Shown here piece by piece: positions 47,233-57,137 of a stretch of DNA of 64,000 bases; the stretch's first letter is position 1; the number at the start of each line of letters is the position of its first letter. The position numbers and the translations under genes are program-made. Under the pieces are notes generated by a model. That model had not been told where the DNA came from, made no database searches, and saw only the letters and a list, made by a program, of their open reading frames with translations. This stretch comes from an uncultured delta proteobacterium. GTDB taxonomy: Bacteria; Myxococcota; Myxococcia; Myxococcales; Myxococcaceae. The stretch is from positions 192,001 through 256,000 of the forward strand of contig CAVYSY010000021.1 of the NCBI GenBank assembly GCA_963771175.1, written 5' to 3'.

Positions 47233-48291
47233 TCACTCCTTCTCCTCGGGACCGTGCCACAGGAAGCGCCGGTGGTTGCGCGTGTCGCTGGCGCCCCAGG
47301 TGTACTTGTAGGGCTCGCGACCTCGCAGGAAGTCGAACACCGAGGCGCCCTCGCGGCCTGCTTCCTCGACGGCCTGGGCCACCATCAGGCTGCCCACGCT
47401 GTAGCGTTCGAAGGCCGGCTCGAAGCCCCCGAGGTAGTAGCGGACGTACTCCCGGTCCCGGAAGCCGTAGAAGACGGCCACGGGCCGCTCCGCCACGTGC
47501 AGCGCGTACAGGCGCAGCACCCTGGCGGCGAGCAGGCCGCGCGCCACCTCGCGGTGGAAGGACTGGAGCGACGCATCCTCCAGCACGCCGGGCTCACCGC
47601 GGCGCCGCCAGCAGGCGCCGTGCAGCCGCACCAGCGTGTCCATCATCACATCCAGGTTGCCCGCGTTCGCCTCCTCCAGGCGCACGGGACCCAGCCGCTC
47701 CAGGCGGCGGAGGGCCTGGCGCAGGTTGGAGGCGAGCCGCCCCTCCGGCTCCCTGGGGAGCGACGTCTGGGGGCAGACCTCCTGCACCTCGATGCGCTCG
47801 CCCCAGCCCGAGGGTACGGACGTGCGCAGGAGGGGGGAGTCCTCGCGAAGCTGCTCGAAGACGCACGTGTCCCAGCGCTCGCCGTTCAGGGCGAGCCAGT
47901 CGAACAGGGTCCGCACCCCGTGTGGGGCCAGCTCCGGGTCCATCAGCACGTCGAGGTAGTCGGAGATGCCCTCGCCGAGCAGCCGCACCACGCGGGCCCC
48001 GTCCTCCTCGCGGATGACGAGCGGAGCGAGCCCCACCAGCCGACCCTCGCTGCGCAGCGTCACCACCCAGGGCGGTCGCGAGGAGAAGTACGGGCCGAAG
48101 TGCCGATACCAGGGCAGCAGCCACTCGGGCCGCTGGAAGGTGGTGGCTCCGGGACAGCGGGCCCACAACCATCTCCACTCGCCCTGGAGTTGCTCCATGC
48201 CACGGAGGGAGACGACCTCCTCCACCTCGAGCGGAGCGGGGACGGGGGTCGGCCGGAGCCGGGGGACGCCCTGCTCGAAAGTCAGTGCCAT
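47233..48291 (-). CDS. GNAT acetyltransferase, CelD/BcsL-like
   Basis: TTFQRPEWLLPW, LVGLAPL, SDYLDVL, YYLGGF, FDFLRGREPYKYTWG. Confidence 0.88.
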   Translation of the reverse strand: MALTFEQGVPRLRPTPVPAPLEVEEVVSLRGMEQLQGEWRWLWARCPGATTFQRPEWLLPWYRHFGPYFSSRPPWVVTLRSEGRLVGLAPLVIREEDGARVVRLLGEGISDYLDVLMDPELAPHGVRTLFDWLALNGERWDTCVFEQLREDSPLLRTSVPSGWGERIEVQEVCPQTSLPREPEGRLASNLRQALRRLERLGPVRLEEANAGNLDVMMDTLVRLHGACWRRRGEPGVLEDASLQSFHREVARGLLAARVLRLYALHVAERPVAVFYGFRDREYVRYYLGGFEPAFERYSVGSLMVAQAVEEAGREGASVFDFLRGREPYKYTWGASDTRNHRRFLWHGPEEKE

Positions 48292-49157
48292 GGTGTCTCC
48301 GGCAGCTTCAGTTCCACGAGGGCCTTGCGGGCCAACTCCCGCCAGCGAGCGCCCGTCATCCGCCAGCCGAGGGACTCGTACTGGAGCGTCCCCTCGTGCG
48401 GCGGCCGGGTGAAGTCGTAGCGAGGCGCGGCCCGGTAGCGCTCCTGTTCCACGGAGAAGGCCTCCAGCACCCGTGCTTGCGTGGTGTAGCACGCGAGCAT
48501 CCGCCGCTTGGCGGCGCGCTCGGCCTCGGTGAAGGACACCGTGGCCACCCGCCGTCCATCCGGCGCGGGGAGGAACTCGCCGGTGACGAGCGCCTCGTGA
48601 TGGCGGTGATAGGACGTCATCTCCAGCAGCGCCGGAGGCGTGCGTCCTGCCCGGGCCAGCAGCGCCACGGCGGCGTGAGAGATGAAGGTGGAGGCATCGT
48701 GGTCCGGGTGGCCGCCCTCATACGGGTGGACGACGAGGAGCGCCGGGCGGAGAGCCTTCAGCAGAGCCACCAGACAGTGGGTGAGAGGGACGAGCTCCAG
48801 CGTGGCCTCCTGGTCCACCGCGCCCAGTGAGAGGAGGCTGTCCGGGGACACGCCCGCGAGGCGCATCGCCGCGAAGGACTCTTCCTCGCGGATGCGCACG
48901 TAGGCCTCGCGCGTGGGCGGGGCATCCGGGGCGCGCAGGGCTGGGTCCCTCGGGGCCCCATCGGTGACGTGGAGGACGTGGCAGCCGGGGCCGCGGCGCA
49001 GCAGCCACGAGGCCCCCAGCACCTCGTCGTCCGGGTGCGCGGCCACGAAGAGGGTGGGCCCTCGCAGGGCATGGGGTGGCAGCAGGGGCGCGAGGACGTC
49101 TGCGACGGTGCGCCCGTCCCCGGCCGTGTACCCGGGTGATTCGTCAGGAGGGCGCAT
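48282..49157 (-). CDS. PIG-L/LmbE family N-deacetylase
   Basis: AAHPDDEVLG, VTDGAP, HPYEGGHPDHD. Confidence 0.92.
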   Translation of the reverse strand: MRPPDESPGYTAGDGRTVADVLAPLLPPHALRGPTLFVAAHPDDEVLGASWLLRRGPGCHVLHVTDGAPRDPALRAPDAPPTREAYVRIREEESFAAMRLAGVSPDSLLSLGAVDQEATLELVPLTHCLVALLKALRPALLVVHPYEGGHPDHDASTFISHAAVALLARAGRTPPALLEMTSYHRHHEALVTGEFLPAPDGRRVATVSFTEAERAAKRRMLACYTTQARVLEAFSVEQERYRAAPRYDFTRPPHEGTLQYESLGWRMTGARWRELARKALVELKLPETPWH

Positions 49158-49240
49158 GCGCGTGCCTCCTGTTTGGAGCCCTCACCATCGCCGCCTCCCT
49201 TCCCTTGACCCCTGAGACCCACCCGCCTCCTGGGCGCGCA

Positions 49241-49279
49241 TTTCAGAAACCTGTCCGACTGTCGGACAGGTTTTTGAAA
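49241..49279. repeat. Near-perfect 39-bp palindrome, REP-like
   Basis: TTTCAGAAACCTGTCCGAC-T-GTCGGACAGGTTTTTGAAA: 19-bp arms, one mismatch. Confidence 0.85.
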
Positions 49280-49326
49280 ACCGCGCCCGGCGGCTCCCCC
49301 TCCTGCACTGACTTTCTTCCGAGGGT

Positions 49327-50223
49327 TTAGGCGTACCGCCGCGTCATCCGCGCGCAGAAGTCCGCGAACAGCTCCGGCTGGTGCGGGGCACTGGTGTGGT
49401 GTGGCCGCTTGCCCAGGTGCTCCGGCGTGAAGCAGTAGGTGACGGTCACGTCGAACTCGTCCAGCGCCATCATCTGCTTGTCGAACCAGACGTCCGCGTT
49501 GGGCCGGAAGCTGTCGGCCCAGCTCAGGCCGGTGCGCAGCTTCTTCACCCCCAGCTTGCGCAGCCACTTCACGCCGTCGTCCAGCCGGTGGTCCTCGAAG
49601 TGGAACCACTGGCAGATGCCCATCCCCGGCGTGTAGTCCGGCGAAGTGCCGCAGCGCCTGCTTCGGCGTGCCGTCCTCGCGCAGCAGGCCCATGTAGAAG
49701 TGCCGGTAGTAGGACGAGCCCTCGGCCTCCCGGTGGCGCGTCGTCGCAGGCCACGCCTTGGGCAGGTCGTAGAGGCTGTACCAGTGGATGCGCTGCACGT
49801 GCGGGTTGCCCAGCAGCAGCTCCGCGGTGCGCCGCAGGCCGAACTCCTGCACCTCCTCGGCGCCGAAGGTCGACACCCCGACCTCGGAGACCCAGACCGG
49901 CGTGCGACGTCACCTCGCGGATGTCCTCGAGCTGCTCGGGCCACTCGTCGAGCTGCCAGTGGTTCCAGTCGAGCGGAAAGCCGTGGACGGCCACCACGTC
50001 GACGCTCGTCCAGCACGCCCTGCTCCTCCATGTTGGGGATGAAGTTGGCGTCGATGGGCGAGATGCCACCCAGCACGCGCGGGAGGTGGGTGCGCTCCGC
50101 CTTCACCGCATCACCCGCCAGCTTCATCATCCCGGCGAATTCGACCCAGCCCTTGTCCAGGTCGAAGTCCCAGTGCGACATGTTGTTGGGCTCGTTCCAG
50201 AGCATCACCGCTTCGACCGGCAT
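49327..50223 (-). CDS. Clan GH-A glycoside hydrolase (beta-xylosidase-like annotation family), frameshifted
   Basis: [49 protein letters not shown] across frames. Confidence 0.8.
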   Translation of the reverse strand: MPVEAVMLWNEPNNMSHWDFDLDKGWVEFAGMMKLAGDAVKAERTHLPRVLGGISPIDANFIPNMEEQGVLDERRRGGRPRLSARLEPLAARRVARAARGHPRGDVARRSGSPRSGCRPSAPRRCRSSACGAPRSCCWATRTCSASTGTASTTCPRRGLRRRATGRPRARPTTGTSTWACCARTARRSRRCGTSPDYTPGMGICQWFHFEDHRLDDGVKWLRKLGVKKLRTGLSWADSFRPNADVWFDKQMMALDEFDVTVTYCFTPEHLGKRPHHTSAPHQPELFADFCARMTRRYA

Positions 50224-50992
50224 GCGTGCCTCGCTCTTCTCTCGGGGGGGGCCTCAGGTGGCTCGGATGGACCGCGCGGCGGCAGACGTAGACCTCCTGG
50301 TACGGGTTGCCGAGGATGTCGAAGCCGGAGCAGCGCAGCATGGCCTCCGTGCAGGCCCGGTTCGGAACCCACCAGTTCGTCCAGTCGTGCGGCGTACTCG
50401 TGCTCCACGAAGTGCATCTTCGGGTAGCCCGGCTGGTCGAAGACGTCCTTCTCCTCGAAGGGGTAGTCCTTCGTCCAGCGGCTCCACGCGGGTGCTGCCG
50501 CGCTGCATGCTCTGGAAGACGAGCAGGTCGCTCACCACGTGCTCGTGCAGCAGGTCGAGCGCGAGCAGCGGGTGGCGCAGGTGGTAGAGCACGCCCATGA
50601 AGAGCACGACGTCGAAGCGCTCGCGCAGGGAGCCCACGTCGTAGACGTCGAGCTCGCGGAACTCGATGTCCAGGCCGTTCACCTCGGCGGCGAAGCGGCG
50701 CCTGGGCGAGGTAGCGCTCATCGCTGTCGACGGCGAGCACGCGCGCGGCGCCGCGCCGCTTCATCTCGATGGAGAAGAAGCCGGCGTTGCAGCCGATGTC
50801 GAGCACCGACTTGCCGGTGAGGTCCCGCGGAATGGCGTCCCGGATGTGCTTCCAGTTCATCTCCGGGTAGTCGCCCAGGAAGTGGTTGGGCGCGGTGCGC
50901 ACGCCCTTGAGGTCCAGGTTGTGGAACCACTCGCCGAGGCTGCGCACGCGCTGCTCTATCTCCTGGCGCGTCAACTCGCGTGTGTTCTTCAT
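50111..50992 (-). CDS. SAM-dependent methyltransferase, TIGR04290/CmoB-like, frameshifted; 3' end uncertain
   Basis: [44 protein letters not shown]. Confidence 0.85.
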   Translation of the reverse strand: MKNTRELTRQEIEQRVRSLGEWFHNLDLKGVRTAPNHFLGDYPEMNWKHIRDAIPRDLTGKSVLDIGCNAGFFSIEMKRRGAARVLAVDSDERYLAQAPLRRRGERPGHRVPRARRLRRGLPARALRRRALHGRALPPAPPAARARPAARARGERPARLPEHAARQHPRGAAGRRTTPSRRRTSSTSRATRRCTSWSTSTPHDWTNWWVPNRACTEAMLRCSGFDILGNPYQEVYVCRRAVHPSHLRPPPREERGTHAGRSGDALERAQQHVALGLRPGQGLGRIRRDDEAGG

Positions 50993-51774
50993 GGCTGCTC
51001 CAGCGGCAGGGGAAGGGTGGAGGCCCCTTCGTCCGAGACGGCGTTACGGAACGGCCGGGTGCCGAGCAGTTGGATGGCCTCGCGGTAGCCATTGAGCGTT
51101 CCCACGTCCACGTAGGACTCGCCGGCGCGCACCGCGTGGGCCCTGCCGCCCCGGGCCAGCCACTCGTTCACCAGCGTGCCCACGTAGGGATCTCGCGGGT
51201 TACGGGTGAGCCACAGCTCGTACAGCTCGCGCATGATGGCGCCGGTGAGCTTGAAGGCCCCCCAGACCCAGTGGCTGGTGGCGCCCTCCTGCTTCACTTG
51301 AATCTCCCGCACCGTGCCGTCCTTGTCGGCCACCACCGCGTCGAACAGCTCGGGGCGGGCCACCGGGAAGCAGAGGAAGGAGAGGCCGCCGCTCGGCAGC
51401 TTGCACAGGCCGTCCTCGGGGAACCAGACGGTGTCCGGAAGACCGATGAGGACCTCCTCGTCCGGGTGGATGAGGGGCAGGGCGCGGAAGAGCGAGTCAC
51501 ACAGCCCCAGCGGCTCCGGCTGCACGGCGTAGCAGACCTGCGCGCTGCCCACCGAGCCCCCGTAGTACTCGACGATGTCCGATTTGCCGGGGGAGATGAT
51601 GAAGCAGAGCTTCGTCGCTCCCGCGACCAGCATCCGGTCCACCAGGTATTCGCTCACCGCACGAGGCCGCTCCGTCTTCCCGTCGTAGCGGCCTCCCACG
51701 GGCAGCAGCTCCTTGGAGAAGGCGAGCGGTTGGATGCGGCTGCCGATCCCCGCCGCCGGTATGAGTCCCCACAT
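50989..51774 (-). CDS. Sugar-phosphate nucleotidyltransferase family protein
   Basis: GLIPAAGIGSRIQPLAFSKELLPV, QPEPLGL, YVDVGT. Confidence 0.92.
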   Translation of the reverse strand: MWGLIPAAGIGSRIQPLAFSKELLPVGGRYDGKTERPRAVSEYLVDRMLVAGATKLCFIISPGKSDIVEYYGGSVGSAQVCYAVQPEPLGLCDSLFRALPLIHPDEEVLIGLPDTVWFPEDGLCKLPSGGLSFLCFPVARPELFDAVVADKDGTVREIQVKQEGATSHWVWGAFKLTGAIMRELYELWLTRNPRDPYVGTLVNEWLARGGRAHAVRAGESYVDVGTLNGYREAIQLLGTRPFRNAVSDEGASTLPLPLEQP

Positions 51775-51777
51775 GGA

Positions 51778-52866
51778 TCAGTTCCTCTCGTGTCGTGCGA
51801 CGCGCGCTCCGTCCAACAACGCCACCAACTCCTCCGCGCGTCGGTCCGCGGTGTGCTCGGTGAGGGCGCGCTCCCATGCGCGCTTGCCCACACGGGCCAG
51901 TTCGTCCGGCGAGAGCGAGAGGGCCTCCAGCGCATCCTCGGTCGAATGCGCCACGAGGATCTCCTCGCCGGGACGGAAGAATGAATCCAGGCCCTCCCAC
52001 CAATCCGTCAGCACCGGGGTGCGGCAGGACGCGGCCTCGAAGAGGCGCGCCGAGGGGCACCAGCCCATGGCCGCCATGGGGGCCCGGGTGACGTTGAGGG
52101 TGAGGGAGGACGAGCAATAGAAGGCCGGGTGCTCGATGGGCGGCAGGTGCTGGACGAAGAAGAGGTTCTTGGTCCACGCGAAGTCCCGCGGGTACTGCGC
52201 CCCTCCGATGACGAAGCGCCGCTCGGGCATGCGTCGCGCGGGCTCCAGGAAGAGGCGGTCCAGCGCCTGCTGGCGATTGGCGGCGTAGGTGCCCAGGTAC
52301 GAGAAGTCCCCCCGGTACTGCTCCTTGTGCGGCACCGGGAAGTGCACCTTCGGGTCCACGCTGCCGTAGAGGGGCACCGTGTAGCGCGCGCCGAAGCGTC
52401 GCCGCAGTCCGGTGAGCGCCTCGCCGCCCGTGTAGCTCAGGACGACGTCGTAGTCGCCCAGTCCCTCCGGGGCGATGTACTCGATGGTTTCGCCCCGCTC
52501 GGCCCGCTCCAGGGTGATGGGCGTGTCCAGGTCATAGAAGGACTTCACCGGCACGCCCGAGCCCAGCACCAGCCGGCCCGCCTCGACACCGTCCGGACAG
52601 TAGGACGTCACCATGCCCACGTCCGCGTCCCGCAGGTGCCGGCGCGCGTGCGGCAGGGCCTCCTCCCACGAGGCGTAGAGGCACAGCTCCGAGCCGTGCG
52701 GCATCTCCATGAAATCCCGGTGGGCCGCGTAGAAGGGCTGGTCCCGCTCGAAGAAGACGACGCGGTGCCCCCGGGCGCGGAGCGAGGCGATGAGCCCCCG
52801 CCAGAGGGTGGCGTGGCCGTTGCCCCAGGAGGAGCTGACCGCGAGACCGAAGACCACCAGCTTCAT
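51778..52866 (-). CDS. CgeB-like glycosyltransferase
   Basis: MKLVVFGLAVSSSWGNGHATLWRGL, FYDLDTP, YLGTYAANRQ, TLNVTR, PSARLFEAA. Confidence 0.88.
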   Translation of the reverse strand: MKLVVFGLAVSSSWGNGHATLWRGLIASLRARGHRVVFFERDQPFYAAHRDFMEMPHGSELCLYASWEEALPHARRHLRDADVGMVTSYCPDGVEAGRLVLGSGVPVKSFYDLDTPITLERAERGETIEYIAPEGLGDYDVVLSYTGGEALTGLRRRFGARYTVPLYGSVDPKVHFPVPHKEQYRGDFSYLGTYAANRQQALDRLFLEPARRMPERRFVIGGAQYPRDFAWTKNLFFVQHLPPIEHPAFYCSSSLTLNVTRAPMAAMGWCPSARLFEAASCRTPVLTDWWEGLDSFFRPGEEILVAHSTEDALEALSLSPDELARVGKRAWERALTEHTADRRAEELVALLDGARVARHERN

Positions 52867-53811
52867 GCCGGGCTCCTGCTGCGTGGTGGGGAGGGTGACG
52901 GCCCCGAGAGCCTCCTCGAGGAGGCGGCGCACCTTGGGCGCCAGCCGGACACGCGCGAGCCGCCAGCGCTGGGCGGGGCTCAGTCGTTTGAGCGTGTAGT
53001 TCACCTTGCGGCGGGTGTGCTCGAGCGGGAAGTAGCGCGCGAAGCCGGAGGCGTTGAGCGAGAAGAAGGAGAGTGCGTCCGCGTCGTTGAGGAGCGTGAG
53101 GCACACGTCCGACTCGGGGCGCTCGTGGCGGCCGATGAGCCAGCGCACGCGCTCGCGGGTGCCCTTGTCCACGCCCACCTCCGCGAGCAGCTCGCAGGCC
53201 ACGTCCGCGCCGCGGGTGGCATGGGCGTCCTTGAAGGCCTGATAGTCGGGGGCATGGTGCTCCACGCGCCTGTCCGCCTCGGACAGGAGGCGCTCCACGT
53301 CGTGGAAGAGGGCCGCGCACTGGAGGTCCAGGTCCGCCTTGGGCGCGAGTCGCAGCACCCATTGCCAGGTATCCAGTGCGTGCCGGTAGTCCGCCACGAC
53401 GAGCGGCTTGCTCAGGTCATGGAGGGCCAGGTGCCGCGCGAGGATGGCGTCGAAGAGGGGCCCCTCGGATGCGGTGTTGCGGCGGCCGACGAGGCCCTGG
53501 TAGCGGGTGAGGATTTCGAGGGCGGTGGCGCCGAGCGCCTCGCGGGGCGAGCCGGTGAGGAGCAGGGCCATACCGTGGCCCCGGTGCTCATGGGCGGCGC
53601 CGAAGACGCGCTCGTCCCAGTCGAACGGGTCGAACCCGGGGGCGCGCCACACCTGGGCGTCCAGTGGCACCACGTGGGCGTTGCCGCCCTGGGCGAGCGG
53701 CTGGACGGCAATGGTGGGAAACTCCTCGGCCAGCATGACGAACGCGCCGGGAGTGCTCGGCGTGGCGTCAGCTCGGAGGTCGGAATCGGACAGCAGGAGC
53801 TGTCGGAGCAT
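52863..53811 (-). CDS. HD-superfamily (DUF4202-like) protein; in this sequence in frame with the downstream GT
   Basis: DYRHALDTW, AALFHDVER, HATRGA, GRHE, LNDADALSFF; GGGAG RBS before ATG 53811. Confidence 0.75.
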
Positions 53812-53930
53812 CGCGTCTCCCGCGGGTGGCCCGCACCAGAGGACGCGGCAAGTTGCTGTCGGGATTCCGGAATGGCCAGGGCCTCCGTGTGGGGAGGCAT
53901 GGGCCACTGCACGGAAGGACGAGCCCCGCG

Positions 53931-53975
53931 TGTGCCAGTGCACGGGCGCCTGGGGAGGGCCCGTGCGCTGGCGCA
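53931..53975 (-). terminator. Hairpin downstream of the 80-aa gene
   Basis: TGTGCCAGTGCACGGGC ... GCCCGTGCGCTGGCGCA. Confidence 0.55.
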
Positions 53976-54007
53976 CAGTCCGGGCGGATCATCCGGAAAC
54001 CGCTCGA

Positions 54008-54250
54008 CTACGGCCGGCCGTTGTCCTCTGGCTGATCGTAGGCGTACTGGTCCGCGCGAGGCGCGGCGTCATTGTGGAACAAGGGGCACTTCTGGCAGCT
54101 GAAGCCCTCCCAGTCCTCACGGACGGCCGCGTCGATGCACATCGCGTATTGGCGGCAGTGGACGTTGCGGTAGTCCTCGACGCGATGGTGGTCCGCCCAC
54201 ATGGGCAGGCGGAGCTCGGTGGGATTGGGCTTGGGTGGCGAACATGCCAT
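54008..54250 (-). CDS. Small Cys-rich hypothetical protein
   Basis: GAGGGAG RBS; RNVHCRQYAMCID...FSCQKCPL. Confidence 0.75.
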   Translation of the reverse strand: MACSPPKPNPTELRLPMWADHHRVEDYRNVHCRQYAMCIDAAVREDWEGFSCQKCPLFHNDAAPRADQYAYDQPEDNGRP

Positions 54251-54584
54251 GTCGCTGAACTCCCTCTCTCGAAATGGGGCCCCCTGTTGGGACCCTTCAA
54301 TACCCGCTGGTGCGTCGCGTCATTCCCGAGCCGGGAGTCCCAACATGAGACGGTTCCCCTTCGCACGACAGGCGAGGGGGATTGCGCCTCCGCGTCGGGA
54401 TGTGACGCCTGCGAGCCGAGCAGCCTGAGCGAAGGCCTCGTACGGCTGGCAGCCCACCACCCGGACATTCATTTTCTCGCGCCGTGACATTGCCGTTTCC
54501 AGAGGGTCGCCCGTCCGTTGGGCGAGCGATGAATCACTGCTTCAACCGGGCGCGGCTTTCCCCGAAGATGCCCCCGTGCGACCG

Positions 54585-56381
54585 ATGCCTTCCCGCTCCT
54601 CTTCGTCCCTGTCCCGCCGGCTGGGGCTGATCGCCCTGTCCCTCTTCGCCCTACTCGCGGCCGCCGGCTGCACGGCCTTCTCCCGCGCGGTGAAGGATGG
54701 AGACCAGTTCACCGCGCAGCACAAGTGGGCCGAGGCCGAGGCCGCCTACCAGCGGGCCCTCGCCGTGGACCCGAGGGACTCGGAGGTGCTGCTGAAGCTG
54801 CGCGCCATGCGCAAGCAGTGGAGCGGCGAGGTGCTGCAACAGGCGCGGGCGGTGCATGACCAGGGAGACCTGGCCGGCGCCACGCCGCTGCTGGTGCGCG
54901 CGCTCGCGCTGGACAGCGAGAGCGAGCCGGCGCGCGCGCTCCTCACCCAGACGCTGGATGCGCGGGTGGAGCTCGCCCAGAAGGCGCTGAAGGAGGAGCG
55001 GCTGCAGGACGCCCGGGCCGAGCTGGACGCGGTGCTGGCGGTGGACCCCGAGCACGCGGCGGCGCGCAAGGGCGTGGACGCGGTGAAGGTGGCGTGGGCG
55101 CGCCGGTGGTTCACCACGGCGCAGCGGCTGGAGGAGGAGGGCAAGCTGGGCAACGCGCTGCTGGCCTACGTGCGCGCGGACCAGGAGAAGGTGGGGGCCA
55201 CGCCGGCCCGCGAGCGCGCCGAGGCGGTGCGCCGCAAGCTCCAGGACGAGGTGGCCTTCCTGGTGGTGGCCGCGCCCGCGGAGGACAAGGCGGAGGCGCC
55301 GGACGTGGCGCAGCGGCTGTCTCCCGGACGGCTGTCGGCGCTGCTGCCGCAGGAGGTGCCCATCCGCGTCATCACCACCGAGGCCCCGAAGGACCACGAG
55401 GGCGTGCGCCTGGGCCTGGCGCTGGAGCGGGTGATGCCGGTGAAGTCGATGGAGCAGAGCCAGCGCACGCAGAAGTACCTGGTGACGAACAAGGCCGTGC
55501 CCAACCCGCGCCGCTCCCAGCTCGAGACGGCGCTGCTGGAGCAGGAGCGAAAGCTGGAGGAGGTGGAGCGCAAGCTGGGCGGGGTGCTGCGCGACTACCT
55601 GCGCAAGCAGGACGAGCTCATCCAGGCGCGCGAGGTGGCCAACCGCTGCCGCGACCGCGAGCGCAAGGCGTGCGTCACCGCGCTGGCCGAGTGCGGCCGG
55701 GCGGTGGGCCAGGGCAAGCCCGGGCAGGTGCCTCCCGAGTGCAACCCGGCCCGCTGCAACTCGCTGTGTGAGCAGGAGGAGGGCGCGCTGGCGCAGCGGA
55801 CCGCGGCGGCGCAGGAGCTGGAGCGCCGGCTGTCGACCGCGCAGGAGAACGCGGAGCTGCAGCGGCGCGAGGTGCAGCGCGGCCGGGACGGCTTCTACCG
55901 CGAGCCCCTCACCGTGGAGGAGCCCGTCTACAGCGAGTACCCCTATGACGTGGAGCTGCACCGGCTGGCCATCACCGCGAGCGTCACGGAGCGGCTGGTG
56001 GACCTGTCCAAGGACGCGGTGCCCTCGCCGCGCACCGAGGACTACGCGGCCATGCACGAGGACTCGTCCAACAAGGCCTATGACAAGGTGGGCGTGCTGG
56101 CGGACCCGGTGCAGCTTCGCAGCGAGGCGGAGCTGCGGGTGGAGGCCGGTGACAGGGCCATGGCCTCCATCGCCGCGCGCGTGAAGGAGCGCTTCGACAT
56201 CTACCGCCAGCGCCGGGTGGAGGACGCGCGGCGGGGCATGGTTCGCCCCAGCGCCGAGGACGTGGTGGAGACGGCGGTGCGCGCGCTGCTGCTCACCGCC
56301 GACGCGCCTCCCGAGGACATCCTCCTGCCGCTGGCCAAGGCGCGCGGCCTGGAGAATCCCCAGGCCCTCTTCGGCGACTGA
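54585..56381 (+). CDS. TPR and coiled-coil lipoprotein
   Basis: AAGC lipobox; several TPR-like helix pairs; Cys-rich insert within a long coiled coil. Confidence 0.85.
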   Translation: MPSRSSSSLSRRLGLIALSLFALLAAAGCTAFSRAVKDGDQFTAQHKWAEAEAAYQRALAVDPRDSEVLLKLRAMRKQWSGEVLQQARAVHDQGDLAGATPLLVRALALDSESEPARALLTQTLDARVELAQKALKEERLQDARAELDAVLAVDPEHAAARKGVDAVKVAWARRWFTTAQRLEEEGKLGNALLAYVRADQEKVGATPARERAEAVRRKLQDEVAFLVVAAPAEDKAEAPDVAQRLSPGRLSALLPQEVPIRVITTEAPKDHEGVRLGLALERVMPVKSMEQSQRTQKYLVTNKAVPNPRRSQLETALLEQERKLEEVERKLGGVLRDYLRKQDELIQAREVANRCRDRERKACVTALAECGRAVGQGKPGQVPPECNPARCNSLCEQEEGALAQRTAAAQELERRLSTAQENAELQRREVQRGRDGFYREPLTVEEPVYSEYPYDVELHRLAITASVTERLVDLSKDAVPSPRTEDYAAMHEDSSNKAYDKVGVLADPVQLRSEAELRVEAGDRAMASIAARVKERFDIYRQRRVEDARRGMVRPSAEDVVETAVRALLLTADAPPEDILLPLAKARGLENPQALFGD

Positions 56382-56384
56382 GGC

Positions 56385-57137
56385 TCAGGCCACCGCTTCC
56401 TCGGCGGCCGGGGTCCACATCGAGCTCTCGGCCGAGTGCAGGCAGTCCCCGAGGAAGCGCAGGTAGATGTCGAGTGCTTGCGAGCCGAGCTCCGCGAGCG
56501 TCCGCGCGTTCTCCGGCATGAGCTGCAGCAGCTCCTCCATCATCCGCGTGTTGAGCGCGGTGTGGCCCACGTCGAGCTGGATGTGCTCCTTGAGGAAGCT
56601 GAGCCCCTCCAGCGTCTCGCGGCCGAGCACCCGCACCACGTTGGACAGCAGGTGGGGCCCGAGCACCACCGACAGGTTCTCGATTTCGAACTCGATGGCG
56701 ATCTGCCCCATGGGCAGGTCGCTGGCGAGGGTGTCCTCGTGGAGCTGGCGGTAGGCCCGCATCGCATCCGTGGGGTGCTGGGCCAGCAGCCGCTCCGTCT
56801 GGAGCATGGGCCTGCGCCGCGCGTTCCACCGCCGCACCAGGTGCCGCACGTCGTCCAGCATCATCATGTGGTGGCCGGCCTCGTGCTTCGCGTGCGCGAT
56901 GAGGGCGTGCCCGAGCGAGTCCAGACCCTGCGAGAGGCAGCGCTGGCCCGCCCGGCGGATCCACCCCTCCACCGGCTCGGTCACGTAGACGCCGAGCGAG
57001 TTGAGCTGGAGGAAGAAGCGCTCCAGGACCGCCGGCTCGATGGCGGGATCCACCAGCATGCGCATGACAGGGTCCGTCGAGATACGGGCGCGCGCCGGCA
57101 GCACATAGGGCTCATACAGCTCTTTGACCAGGCTCAT
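56385..57137 (-). CDS. Heme-oxygenase-like diiron oxidase (iron-containing redox enzyme) family protein
   Basis: All-helical 250 aa; HAKHEAGHH, EFEIE, HIQLDVGH (Hx3Dx2H) ligand pattern; GGAGGAG RBS. Confidence 0.78.
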   Translation of the reverse strand: MSLVKELYEPYVLPARARISTDPVMRMLVDPAIEPAVLERFFLQLNSLGVYVTEPVEGWIRRAGQRCLSQGLDSLGHALIAHAKHEAGHHMMMLDDVRHLVRRWNARRRPMLQTERLLAQHPTDAMRAYRQLHEDTLASDLPMGQIAIEFEIENLSVVLGPHLLSNVVRVLGRETLEGLSFLKEHIQLDVGHTALNTRMMEELLQLMPENARTLAELGSQALDIYLRFLGDCLHSAESSMWTPAAEEAVA

